Shown: positions 18,530 to 28,118 of the stretch, in pieces
How positions within the stretch are numbered: the stretch's first letter is position 1
How the letters are laid out: every line of letters starts with the position of its first letter
DNA from: an uncultured Oscillospiraceae bacterium
GTDB lineage: Bacteria; Bacillota; Clostridia; Oscillospirales; Ruminococcaceae
Length of the DNA stretch: 64,000 bases
Direction of reading: 5' to 3'
Assembly (NCBI GenBank): GCA_934464775.1
Contig: CAKSKG010000006.1
Location: 5,545-69,544 of the forward strand
Made by a program: the position numbers and the translations under genes
Notes under the pieces: model-generated
Told to the model about the DNA's origin: nothing
Database searches by the model: none
What the model saw: only the letters and a program-made list of their open reading frames with translations

Positions 18530-19861
18530 ATGAGCGGAAAAGATAAATGGTCGTCAAAATTCGGGTTCATAATGGCATCGGCAGGCTCCGCCGTGGGACT
18601 GGGCAACCTGTGGAAATTCCCGTACATGGCATCACGTCACGGCGGCGGAATGTTCCTGCTTTTTTATGTGATTTTTGCTTTGATGATAGGCGTGCCCGTG
18701 CTGCTTTCCGAGCTTGCAATAGGACGCTATGCAGGAAAAAATGCAGTTGACAGCTGCCGTGCGATAGCTCCGAAATGGGGCTTTGCGGGAATGCTTGGCA
18801 TTCTCGGCTCACTGTTTGTACTTGCATTCTACGGCACTGTGGGCGGCTGGGTCATAAAATATTTCCTGCTCTGCCTTGCCGACGGACTCCCCTCTTCGGA
18901 TTTCTTCGTAGAATACACCTCACACTCCGCCGAGCCTGTGATATACCAGCTGATATTCTGCCTGATATGCGGAGCTATCGTTGCATTCGGAGTTTCGGGC
19001 GGCATTGAAAAAGCCTCCAAGCTGCTGCTGCCGCTGCTGCTGATATTTCTCACGGCTGTGATGCTGTACACCCTGCGACTGCCCGGAGCCGCCGAGGGCG
19101 CACGATTTTTCCTGCTGCCCGATCTTGCCGCCGCAGATATAAAGCTCCATGAAATAATAATCGCCGCCATGGGGCAGATGTTCTTTTCCCTTTCTCTGGG
19201 AATGGGAACACTGATAACCTACGGCAGCTATCTTTCCAAAAACAGCGATCTCCCCTCATCGGCGGTGACTATCGTTGTTATCGACACGATAATCGCAGTC
19301 ATTGCAGGACTTGCGGTCATTCCCGCAGTATATGCGGCAGGACTTGAACCCGATGCGGGACCGGGACTTATCTTTGTAACTCTCCCTGCCGTTTTCGGCA
19401 GAATGTCGGGTGGACGGTACATCGCAGCCGCATTTTTCTTTCTCGTTCTCATTGCGGCAATAACCTCCGCCGTGTCGCTTATCGAAGTCATCGCTTCATT
19501 TGTGGGCGAACGAATGAAGCTTTCCCGTCCCTATGCGGTCACGGTATCAACAGCCGCATCGGCTCTCCTCGGGATCCCTGCCTCGCTTTCATCGGGCGTG
19601 CTTAAAGATGTTAGGATAGGCGGATTGTCAATGTTCGAGCTGCCGAACTTCCTTGCGGATAATATCATAATGCCGCTGGGCGCAGTTTCCATATGCCTGC
19701 TGACGGGCAGGATATGGGGCATGAAAAACGCAGCCCGTGAAATGAGCATCGGCAGCCGAACAAATCCGAAAATGTTCCGCATACTCGGTGCAATACTGAA
19801 TTACGCCGCACCTGCCGTTATTATTATCGTATTCATAAGCTCCCTCACGGGACTGATATAG
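18530..19861 (+). CDS. sodium-dependent transporter (SNF / neurotransmitter:sodium symporter family)
   Basis: ATG at 18530 lies 6 nt after GAGGAG. WSSKFGFIMASAGSAVGLGNLWKFPY is the NSS signature. Multi-TM. Confidence 0.85.
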   Translation: MSGKDKWSSKFGFIMASAGSAVGLGNLWKFPYMASRHGGGMFLLFYVIFALMIGVPVLLSELAIGRYAGKNAVDSCRAIAPKWGFAGMLGILGSLFVLAFYGTVGGWVIKYFLLCLADGLPSSDFFVEYTSHSAEPVIYQLIFCLICGAIVAFGVSGGIEKASKLLLPLLLIFLTAVMLYTLRLPGAAEGARFFLLPDLAAADIKLHEIIIAAMGQMFFSLSLGMGTLITYGSYLSKNSDLPSSAVTIVVIDTIIAVIAGLAVIPAVYAAGLEPDAGPGLIFVTLPAVFGRMSGGRYIAAAFFFLVLIAAITSAVSLIEVIASFVGERMKLSRPYAVTVSTAASALLGIPASLSSGVLKDVRIGGLSMFELPNFLADNIIMPLGAVSICLLTGRIWGMKNAAREMSIGSRTNPKMFRILGAILNYAAPAVIIIVFISSLTGLI

Positions 19862-20021
19862 CATAAGTCTTGAAACAATGTCAAAAAATCATCAACATTC
19901 CGCAGGATTTTTATAAAAATCGGTATAAAAATGTAAAGCATTTCCGCCGCAACTATTGACAAAAAATGAAAAAGTGTTATAATTAAATTAATAATGTAAT
20001 TATTTTTCGGAGGTTTTTTGT

Positions 20022-21095
20022 ATGATAGTTTTACTTATACTGCTGATACTGATCCTTATCTGTGCGGCTGTGATCGGAGCAAGATATGCGGTAAGATTCA
20101 TTCTTGCAAAGCGTACCGAGGGCAACTGTATGCAGGTATACCGTGAATGCTCCGTTATGCTGAAAGACAAAGAGCAGATCATACTCATTGAAGGCAGAAA
20201 CGATACTCTTCCCGTTATGATAATGTACCACGGAGGACCTCTCACACCTATAATATACGGCGAAAGCTACCGTGGAATGTACCCCGATCTCGGTCAGAAT
20301 TATATTCTCGTCTGGTGGGATCAGTACGGCTGCGGAAAGAACCATACAGCCGAAAGCCTTGATGATATGACCGCTTCCGACTGGGCGGACATGGCAGCCG
20401 ATCTTGTGGAATGTATCCATAAAATGTACCCGAAGAATGAGATATATCTGAACGGATATTCTTTCGGATCATACCTTGCAATGTATGCGGCAGATAAGCA
20501 CAAGGACATCGTTACGGGAGTTATCAATCTTTCCCCTGTGATGAATATATCCGAGGTCCCCGACAACATTTATTATGCCTGCGAGAAGAAGATGACCAAC
20601 GAGGAAAAATCCGATCTCGAAAAGGCACGCAGAGGCGAATTTTATCCCTATCTTGAAAAGTCCGTGGCACTTGCCGAAAAATACACCGATTTTATTGATA
20701 ACCACAAGGACGGAAAAATCGTTTCAAATCCCATGAAGCTGAAATGGTATGTGCGCCCGTTCATCTCCCCCGATTACGACTATACCGATATCATCGAGCT
20801 TGTAAAAACAATAAAGAACAGAGGAAAGACCAATATAAAAAATCTGAATACGCTGGGCGATGTTGATGTGACGGACATTGCCGAAAGCCTTGATCTGCCG
20901 ATACTCTACATACAGGGCGAGCATGAGCTTCACGTTCTTCCCGAACGCCTTGAAGAGCTTGCCGCACGCCGCAGCAATGTTAAATATGTAAAGATCGAAA
21001 ACTGCGGACATATCCCCACTGCCGAGGGCTGGGAAAAGATACTCAAAGCAATGGTTGATTTCGGCTGGGAAAAGCGCCGCAATCATATGCAGTAA
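20022..21095 (+). CDS. membrane-anchored alpha/beta hydrolase
   Basis: N-terminal TM helix. Nucleophile elbow GYSFGS. C-terminal ...ENCGHIP histidine region. Confidence 0.7.
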   Translation: MIVLLILLILILICAAVIGARYAVRFILAKRTEGNCMQVYRECSVMLKDKEQIILIEGRNDTLPVMIMYHGGPLTPIIYGESYRGMYPDLGQNYILVWWDQYGCGKNHTAESLDDMTASDWADMAADLVECIHKMYPKNEIYLNGYSFGSYLAMYAADKHKDIVTGVINLSPVMNISEVPDNIYYACEKKMTNEEKSDLEKARRGEFYPYLEKSVALAEKYTDFIDNHKDGKIVSNPMKLKWYVRPFISPDYDYTDIIELVKTIKNRGKTNIKNLNTLGDVDVTDIAESLDLPILYIQGEHELHVLPERLEELAARRSNVKYVKIENCGHIPTAEGWEKILKAMVDFGWEKRRNHMQ

Positions 21096-21112
21096 AACCT
21101 CAAAATCAAAAC

Positions 21113-21160
21113 AAAAAAATCCGCATGGTCTGTGAAAAATTCAGACCATGCGGATTTTTA
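21113..21160. terminator. bidirectional intrinsic terminator
   Basis: A 14-bp perfect stem (ATCCGCATGGTCTG with CAGACCATGCGGAT) is flanked by an A-run and a T-run, between convergent genes. Confidence 0.85.
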
Positions 21161-21174
21161 TTATCTTATAAGAT

Positions 21175-22671
21175 TCAGCCGTTGACGAAATCAACAAATC
21201 TGCGGAAAGCGGCAATACCCTCGGGAGTGTGCTTGTAAACGCCTGCGTGCTCCAGCACCTTGGCAAATACAAGACCAACCTCCCTGCGGATTATTTCGTC
21301 AATGTTGTCCGCTGTGATGTCATACTTCTTTGCGAACTCCTCTGCCCAGTCGGCGTGCTTTGAAAGCACCTCATCGCTGCGGACGGCATCCACGCCCTTG
21401 TTTACGATAACATCGGCAAGCTGTGCCATTTCGGTTTTAAGTCTTGCGGGAAGCACCGCCAGACCCATTACCTCGATAAGTCCGATATTCTCCTTTTTAA
21501 TGTGGTGAAGCTCCGCATGAGGGTGATATACACCCAAAGGGTGTTCCTCAGTTGTGATATTATTTCTAAGTACAAGATCAAGCTCATATTTGCCGTCATG
21601 CATACGTGCAATGGGAGTGATCGTGTTGTGAGGCTCACCGTCTGTCTCTGCAAAAACAAATGCACTCTCGTCGGTATAGCCTCTCCATGCGGTAAGTATC
21701 TTATCGGCAAGGTCAACCAGTCTGCCGCTGTCCTTGCTTCTGATCCTGATAACGGACATTGGCCACTTGACTCTGCCTGCCTCAACGTCCTCAAAGCCCT
21801 TGAATACGTACTTTTCCTCGATCTCGGACTTTGCCAGAGCAAAATCATAGCGTCCGCCCTGGAAGTGCTCATGGCTCAGAATAGAGCCGCCGACGATAGG
21901 CAGATCGGCGTTTGAACCGATAAAATAATGAGGAAACTGTCTTATAAAATCAAACAGCTTGACAAATGCCGAACGGTCGATCACCATAGGCGTATGCTGC
22001 GTATTAAAGAGAATGCAGTGCTCATTGTAATAAACATAAGGCGAATACTGGAAGCCCCATGGCGTGTTATTTATTTCAACAGGGATAATTCTGTGATTGT
22101 TTCTTGCAGGGTGATTCATGCGTCCCGCATAGCCCACATTCTCGGGGCAAAGGAGACACTTGGGATAACCGCTCTGCTTTGCAAGCTTTGCAGCGGCGAT
22201 AGCCTTGGGGTCATTTTCGGGCTTGGAAAGATTTATTGTGATGTCGATAGTGCCGTACTCGGTGTCAACAGTCCACTTCATATCCTTTGCAATGCGATAG
22301 CGGCGGATATAATCCGTATCACGGCTGAATTTATAGAAATAATCGGTAGCTGCCTCGGGCGAATCGGCATACAGCGCACTGAACTTGCCGATAACCTCAG
22401 AGGGACGGGGCGTGAGACAAGCCATAAGGCGCGTGTCAAAAAGATCACGGGCAGTAATGTTGTTGTCGATCAGTCCCTGCTCGCAGGCATAATCAAGAAG
22501 ATTTTTCAGTATCTCTTCAAGACCCATTTCACCCTTTGGCTGCGACGGCTCATAGTCCTCCAGCTTCAGTGTATCAAGAATGGTGTTGCGTGCGAAGATC
22601 TCATCTTCCTTTTGGATAAGTCCCGTTTCCAGACCGTAGTTTACCAGTCTGTCGATATATTCATAGATCAT
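21175..22671 (-). CDS. galT: UDP-glucose--hexose-1-phosphate uridylyltransferase (type 2, Gram-positive form)
   Basis: 498 aa. MIYEYIDRLVNYGLETGLI N-terminus and ...SILSHEHFQGG... typical of long-form GalT. Confidence 0.9.
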   Translation of the reverse strand: MIYEYIDRLVNYGLETGLIQKEDEIFARNTILDTLKLEDYEPSQPKGEMGLEEILKNLLDYACEQGLIDNNITARDLFDTRLMACLTPRPSEVIGKFSALYADSPEAATDYFYKFSRDTDYIRRYRIAKDMKWTVDTEYGTIDITINLSKPENDPKAIAAAKLAKQSGYPKCLLCPENVGYAGRMNHPARNNHRIIPVEINNTPWGFQYSPYVYYNEHCILFNTQHTPMVIDRSAFVKLFDFIRQFPHYFIGSNADLPIVGGSILSHEHFQGGRYDFALAKSEIEEKYVFKGFEDVEAGRVKWPMSVIRIRSKDSGRLVDLADKILTAWRGYTDESAFVFAETDGEPHNTITPIARMHDGKYELDLVLRNNITTEEHPLGVYHPHAELHHIKKENIGLIEVMGLAVLPARLKTEMAQLADVIVNKGVDAVRSDEVLSKHADWAEEFAKKYDITADNIDEIIRREVGLVFAKVLEHAGVYKHTPEGIAAFRRFVDFVNG

Positions 22672-22976
22672 TTTTTAACCTCCAACTCAAAAGTCTTTAT
22701 TGATTATATCACATTTCTCTCCAAAAATCAAGGCGGTTTACGTGAATTATCCATAACTCACGCAAAATTTCAATTTTATTGTTTTGTAAAATGTGACAAA
22801 TTTTTCTTTTGATGTTAAACATTATATACATATTTTTTGCCGCAATCTCTTGACGGAATCAATTTTATGTGATATAATATTACAGAACAAAAATTCTGAT
22901 AGATATAACGGAGAACATACACGGATCATCATATTACGGACTTTTCGGCAAATATTTTTATGGAAAAGGGTCAGTT

Positions 22977-24281
22977 ATGAAAATCAACGTGCGCAAATGT
23001 GCGGCAGTTATCTCTGCGGCTGCTATTGCCGCTTCTGCTGCTTTCTTTTACTCGGAACAGACAGCTTCCGCCGACACAGCGGTGCTAAGCACCGACCTTA
23101 TAACGGAAAATGTGACCATTACATCTAAAGCATTAAAAAAATCCACCTCCAACAGCGAGGCTGTGCGTTTTACTCTTGAGACAACAGACTGCACCGACGA
23201 AGAGGACAACGGCTCGCTGACGATCCGCATTGAAAACGGCAGCGAGGACGATACATATTCATACAGCATCACAGGCGGTCAGACCTACAAAAAAATGAAT
23301 GGCAGAACTGCAGAGATAAATAATCTTGCCGAGGGAAGCTATTCCGTATGTGTTATAAAAAACAAGGATAAATCCACGATCTCGGACACTTTGACGGTAT
23401 ATATCGGCAGTGAGGAAGAGCTGTACCCCGTAACTTTTTCTGTGGAAAGCTGCTCCGAAAGCATTTACAATGACGGAAAGATCACAGTCCGCATTGATAA
23501 TTTTGACCGCGAATGCAGCTATGAAGCTACTGTTGACGGCGGAAAAACGTGGACGAAAATGAAGAAAAAATCCTATACTTTCAGCGGTGTAAAGCCCGAT
23601 ATTTACAGCGTTTGTGTCCGCCTGAAAAACTTTGATGATGAATCTTACGTTTTGACAGTGCCCGTTCTTTCGTCCGTAAGCGATCAGAAAGGGTTTATAG
23701 AGACCGAAGCTATTCTCCAGAACCCCGAGCTTCCCACAGGCTGCGAGATAACATCTCTGACGATGCTGCTGAATCACATCGGCTTCAAGGTCGATAAGCT
23801 GGTCATGGCAGACAATTATCTTCCCAAGGGCGAATACAGAAACGCCGATTTCAACGAGGTGTTTGTGGGCAATCCCCGTGAATATTCGGCATACGGCTGT
23901 TTCTCAAATGCGATCGTTACAGCCGCCGAAACTTTCCTTGACAAATATGACAAAAAGGACGCATGGGAAGTCCGCAACATCACAGGCTGTCCTGCCGACG
24001 CACTTTATCGCTCGATCGACAGCGGCAATCCCGTTGTTGTCTGGGCAAGCGGCGATATGGACGATATATATGACGGCGCATCATGGGTCGTTTCCGAAAC
24101 GGGCAAGGCTCTTACATGGCCTGCCAATGAGCATTGTCTCCTGCTGACAGGCTATGACAAAAAGAAAAAGCTGGTTTACTTCAATGACCCCATGAAAGGT
24201 CAGGTCTCCTATGACATGGCACTTTTTGAGCAGCGCTTTGAGCAGCTGAACAACAATGCCGTAATTATCGTAAGAAGCTGA
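22977..24281 (+). CDS. secreted protein with two Cys-containing beta-sandwich-like repeats and a C-terminal peptidase C39-like domain
   Basis: Signal peptide MKINVRKCAAVISAAAIAASAAFF. Two ~80-aa repeats (DNGSLTIRIENG...GSYSVCV and NDGKITVRIDNF...DIYSVCV). C-terminal QNPELPTGCEITSLTMLL ... HCLLLTGYD resembles the C39-like Cys/His pair. Confidence 0.65.
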   Translation: MKINVRKCAAVISAAAIAASAAFFYSEQTASADTAVLSTDLITENVTITSKALKKSTSNSEAVRFTLETTDCTDEEDNGSLTIRIENGSEDDTYSYSITGGQTYKKMNGRTAEINNLAEGSYSVCVIKNKDKSTISDTLTVYIGSEEELYPVTFSVESCSESIYNDGKITVRIDNFDRECSYEATVDGGKTWTKMKKKSYTFSGVKPDIYSVCVRLKNFDDESYVLTVPVLSSVSDQKGFIETEAILQNPELPTGCEITSLTMLLNHIGFKVDKLVMADNYLPKGEYRNADFNEVFVGNPREYSAYGCFSNAIVTAAETFLDKYDKKDAWEVRNITGCPADALYRSIDSGNPVVVWASGDMDDIYDGASWVVSETGKALTWPANEHCLLLTGYDKKKKLVYFNDPMKGQVSYDMALFEQRFEQLNNNAVIIVRS

Positions 24282-24282
24282 C

Positions 24283-24576
24283 ATGAAAATATCATACATA
24301 ATTATTATTTACTTTGTGATAATCAGCATTATTGGGTATGTACTTCCTGCGGTTGATAAAAAGCGTGCCAAAAACGGTGAATGGCGCATTCCCGAAAAAA
24401 TCCTTTTTATCGTAAACCTACTGGGAGGCTCTGCTGCAATGCTGATCTCCATGAAGCATTATCGTCACAAGACAAAGCACAAAAGATTTATGATCGGTAT
24501 TCCCTGCATCATAGTTTTACAGCTTGCGGCAATAGCTTTTATATTGCTTGTGAAATACAATATCATTAATATATGA
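24283..24576 (+). CDS. DUF1294-family small membrane protein
   Basis: 97 aa. DKKRAKNGEWRIPEKILF..GGSAAM...HKTKHKRF pattern. Starts 2 nt after the preceding stop. Confidence 0.7.
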   Translation: MKISYIIIIYFVIISIIGYVLPAVDKKRAKNGEWRIPEKILFIVNLLGGSAAMLISMKHYRHKTKHKRFMIGIPCIIVLQLAAIAFILLVKYNIINI

Positions 24577-24611
24577 AAAATCCGTCCGATAAATTTCGGA
24601 CGGATTTTTTT
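24577..24611 (+). terminator. intrinsic terminator
   Basis: ATCCGTCCGA pairs with TCGGACGGAT (10 bp), followed by T7. Confidence 0.85.
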
Positions 24612-24620
24612 GCCACAGTA

Positions 24621-24652
24621 TAAAAAATGCACAGACCCGAGAGCCTGTGCAT
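24621..24652 (-). terminator. intrinsic terminator of the carboxylase operon
   Basis: ATGCACAG pairs with CTGTGCAT, followed by a T-run on the minus strand, 19 nt after the stop at 24671. Confidence 0.6.
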
Positions 24653-24670
24653 CGTAAATATTCAAAAAAA

Positions 24671-26068
24671 TCAGACAGCGTGTACCTTGTTAGCTGCGTC
24701 TGCGTGAGCACCGTCAACGCCGTACTTAGCGTCACGTCTCTTCTCGAAGAACTTGGGAGCAACCTTGGGGAACATTGCATATGTGAGAACGTCCTCGTCC
24801 TGCTCAAGCCACTCAGCGCATTCCTTACGCATATTGTCAAGCTCGGGAGCAAGCAGATCTGCGGGACGGCAGTCGATAGGCTCTTCGCCCTTGAGGATCA
24901 TCTTTCTCCACTCGGGATCAATAGCAGTAGGAGTCTTACCGTAGCCGCCTCTTACCATTTCCTTGAATTCCTTTGTTACAGTCTTATAGCGCTCGCCTGT
25001 GATAACATTGAATACAGCCTGTGTACCAACGATCTGAGATGTAGGTGTAACCAGAGGAGGATTACCGGAATCGGCACGAACTCTGGGCACTTCCTTGAGA
25101 ACCTCTTCAAGCTGATCTTCCTTGCCTGCCTGCTTCAGCTGAGACAGGAGGTTGGAAAGCATACCGCCGGGAACCTGATAAATAAGTGCATTGGGGTTAA
25201 CGGCAAGCATCTTCTGGTCGATAAGACCGCTTTCGATGTACTTCTTTCTGAGGCCCATGAAGTAATCTCTTACCTCATTGAGCTTTACAAGGTCAAGACC
25301 TGTGTCGTACTCTGTGCCCTGGAGAGCCGCAACCATGGACTCTGTGGGAGCATGAGATGTACCGTTTGCAAGAGGAGACATAGCTGTGTCGATCATATCG
25401 CAGCCGTTCTCAATACCCTTGAGGAGGCACATCGAAGCAAGACCAGATGTATAGTGAGTGTGGAGCTGAACAGGGATCTTTACAGCAGCCTTGATATCAC
25501 GAACCAGATCAGCAGTTCTGTAAGGTGTAAGAAGAGCAGCCATATCCTTGATACAGATAGAATCAGCACCCTCTGCCTCGCACTGCTTAGCATAGTTTAC
25601 ATAATACTCGTTTGTGAAAACATCGCCTGTTGTGAAGGACATAGCGACCTGAGCGTGTGCGCCTTCCTTCTTTGCAGCTGTGATAGCTGTCTTGAGGTTT
25701 CTGATATCGTTGAGCGCATCGAAGATACGAATGATATCAATGCCGTTTGCACAAGCCTTCTGAACGAAATATTCAAGAAGATCGTCTGCATAGTGACGGT
25801 AGCCCAGCATATTCTGACCTCTGAAAAGCATCTGAAGCTTTGTGTTGGGCATTTCCTTGCGGAGGATTCTGAGTCTGTCCCAGGGATCTTCGTTAAGGAA
25901 TCTGATACATGAATCAAATGTAGCACCGCCCCAGCACTCTACGGAGTAGAAGCCGATCTTGTCCATTGTGGAAAGAATGGGACGCATCTCGTCTGTGCTC
26001 ATACGTGTTGCAAGCAGAGACTGATGAGCGTCACGAAGGACGGTTTCGGTAATTTTAATCTTTGCCAT
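24671..26068 (-). CDS. oxaloacetate decarboxylase alpha / transcarboxylase 5S-type carboxyltransferase subunit (HMGL-like TIM barrel)
   Basis: 465 aa. ITETVLRDAHQSLLATRM and GATFD...RFL motifs of the PycB/OadA/5S family. No biotinyl domain is fused. Confidence 0.85.
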   Translation of the reverse strand: MAKIKITETVLRDAHQSLLATRMSTDEMRPILSTMDKIGFYSVECWGGATFDSCIRFLNEDPWDRLRILRKEMPNTKLQMLFRGQNMLGYRHYADDLLEYFVQKACANGIDIIRIFDALNDIRNLKTAITAAKKEGAHAQVAMSFTTGDVFTNEYYVNYAKQCEAEGADSICIKDMAALLTPYRTADLVRDIKAAVKIPVQLHTHYTSGLASMCLLKGIENGCDMIDTAMSPLANGTSHAPTESMVAALQGTEYDTGLDLVKLNEVRDYFMGLRKKYIESGLIDQKMLAVNPNALIYQVPGGMLSNLLSQLKQAGKEDQLEEVLKEVPRVRADSGNPPLVTPTSQIVGTQAVFNVITGERYKTVTKEFKEMVRGGYGKTPTAIDPEWRKMILKGEEPIDCRPADLLAPELDNMRKECAEWLEQDEDVLTYAMFPKVAPKFFEKRRDAKYGVDGAHADAANKVHAV

Positions 26069-26087
26069 TTTAACGACCGCCTTTCAA

Positions 26088-26456
26088 TTAAGCAAGTGTT
26101 GCAATAAGGTCGCTTGTGTTTACGCTGTCGCCCTTCTTTACGTTAACAGATGCGATCTTGCCGTCCTGAGGCGCAACGATGTCGTTTTCCATCTTCATTG
26201 CCTCGAGAACTGCGATGACCTGACCCTTTGTTACTGTATCGCCGACATTTGCCTTAACATCAAGGATAGTACCGGGCATAGGAGCGTTAACGGAAACAGA
26301 GCCTGCTGCGGCTGCTGCGGGAGCTGCTGCAGGTGCAGGTGCTGCTGCGGGAGCTGCGGGTGCTGCTGCAACGGGTGCGAGAGCGGAACCGTCTGTGATA
26401 TCCTGAACGGATACATCGTAAGCCTTGCCGTTTACGGTAATATTAAATCTTTTCAT
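26088..26456 (-). CDS. biotin carboxyl carrier protein (1.3S-type biotinyl subunit)
   Basis: 122 aa. Ala/Pro linker and the EAMKMEN biotinylation motif. Confidence 0.9.
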   Translation of the reverse strand: MKRFNITVNGKAYDVSVQDITDGSALAPVAAAPAAPAAAPAPAAAPAAAAAGSVSVNAPMPGTILDVKANVGDTVTKGQVIAVLEAMKMENDIVAPQDGKIASVNVKKGDSVNTSDLIATLA

Positions 26457-26500
26457 TTTATATAACCACCATTCTCAAATATTTATAATCATCTTTCTCA

Positions 26501-27889
26501 TCAGAAAGGCATATTGCTGTGCTTCTTGGGCAGACGCTTGTTCATTCTCTTGCCTGCAGAGATATCAAGAACGGAAATGATCTTTGCTCTTGCATCTGCG
26601 GGAGTGATGATCTCGTCAACAGCGCCCTTTGCGGCAGCATCGAATGCGGAAGCGCTCTCGTCCGCATATCTTGCGGCAAGCTCGTTTCTCTTAGCCTTGA
26701 CATCGGCTGCGCCCTTCAGCTCATCGTGATAAAGGAACTCGGCAGCCGCTGTGGGATCCATAGCAGCAACAACGGAATCTGCATATGCAAATGTCATATC
26801 TGCATTTGCATTGTTGCCTGCGAGAGCAACGAATGCGGAACCGTAAGCATTTCCTGTGATAAGTGAGATCTTTGCTGTTGTAGCCTCTGCATAAGCATTA
26901 GCGACCTTGGCAATGTTTCTTACTGCGCCTGCAAACTCTGTTGCCTCGTCAGCCTCAAAGCCCTTTGTATCAACAACAGTTACAACGGGGATAGAGAAAG
27001 CATCGCACATACGAACGAATCTTGCAATCTTTGCGCTGTCATCGGAAGTAAGCTTTGCATCGGTCTTGTTTGTTGCAACGATACCTGTTGTTGCGCCGCC
27101 TACTGCTGCGAGAGCTGTATATGCCGCTGTACCGAAATCAGCGGAAAGCTCAATAACGCTGCCCTGATCTGCGATAGCTGCTGTGATCTCCTCTGCATTG
27201 CCCTCTGCTGCCTTGCCCGATTCGCTGAAATCGAACTCGGGAACGGGAGAAAGGTTGTTCTGAGGCATGAAAGCAACGATCTCCTTGACCTTTGCGATAG
27301 CCTCTGCCTCGTCCTTTGCAACTGCGGAAGCAACGCCTGCCTTAGCGGCTGCGGCTGCTGTGCCTGCTGCTGTTGCGGGAGCCATGTAAAGCTCTGCGTC
27401 CTCTGTCATAACAACAAAATCAGCGGAAGCTGCGATCATTGCGGCACTGCCTGCGCATACGCCTGCAATGAGTGCGATCTGGGGAACAACGCCCGAAAGA
27501 TTGCTTGTGTGCATAAGTATATCGCCGTATGCGTTGAGAGCATCTGCGCCGTCCTCAACGAATGCGCCGCAGGAATCATAGATACCGACAACGGGCACAC
27601 CGTTTCTGGAAGCAAGCTCAAGCACCTTGCATATCTTTGCTGCGTGTGCCTTGGAAACGGCACCGCTCTTTACTGTCTTGTCCTGCGAGAAAGCGTAAAC
27701 AGGAGTTCCGTTTACGAAACCGTATGCAGCAACAACGCCTGTGAGAGCGTCGCCTGCCTTTGCATAAGCGTCGATCTCGGTATAAGCTCCGTCATCAAAC
27801 AGAGCCGCAAGTCTTTTCTTTGCGGCAGTATCGGCAGAGATCTCTTCGGTATACCGAGCGAGCTTTGCCTTCTGACCTTCAGTCAACAT
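26501..27889 (-). CDS. carboxyltransferase-domain protein (12S / acyl-CoA carboxylase beta-like), divergent
   Basis: 462 aa. Two crotonase-like halves (FSQD...GAVS..HAAKI; ...VVTVVDTKGF...). Shorter and more Ala-rich than typical MmdA/PccB. Confidence 0.7.
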   Translation of the reverse strand: MLTEGQKAKLARYTEEISADTAAKKRLAALFDDGAYTEIDAYAKAGDALTGVVAAYGFVNGTPVYAFSQDKTVKSGAVSKAHAAKICKVLELASRNGVPVVGIYDSCGAFVEDGADALNAYGDILMHTSNLSGVVPQIALIAGVCAGSAAMIAASADFVVMTEDAELYMAPATAAGTAAAAAKAGVASAVAKDEAEAIAKVKEIVAFMPQNNLSPVPEFDFSESGKAAEGNAEEITAAIADQGSVIELSADFGTAAYTALAAVGGATTGIVATNKTDAKLTSDDSAKIARFVRMCDAFSIPVVTVVDTKGFEADEATEFAGAVRNIAKVANAYAEATTAKISLITGNAYGSAFVALAGNNANADMTFAYADSVVAAMDPTAAAEFLYHDELKGAADVKAKRNELAARYADESASAFDAAAKGAVDEIITPADARAKIISVLDISAGKRMNKRLPKKHSNMPF

Positions 27890-28118
27890 AAGTATTTCCT
27901 CCGTTCAGGGAATTTACGCCGTACCTGCTTTTTCCGTCTGCACAGCTGCCTGCGGCAGATGATGACGGCATCGCGGCGCATTTCATCCTATCAAATTAAA
28001 CCAATATACATTATACTACATAATTTATGAATTGACAAGTTTATACAAGCAAAAAATAAATGTTTTTTCAAATTGTTAACATTTACATAAAATATTTTCA
28101 AAAAGAGACAGCCAAGGC

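Noticed and set aside
24647-25912. Long antisense ORFs, for example 24647..25912(+), 5454..6419(-), 46624..47928(-), 56061..57152(+), 61925..63133(+), 17246..18028(+) and 29500..30303(+).
   Set aside because: Each lies entirely opposite a gene with a strong family assignment. They lack RBSs and have Cys/Arg/Ser-rich shadow-frame composition.
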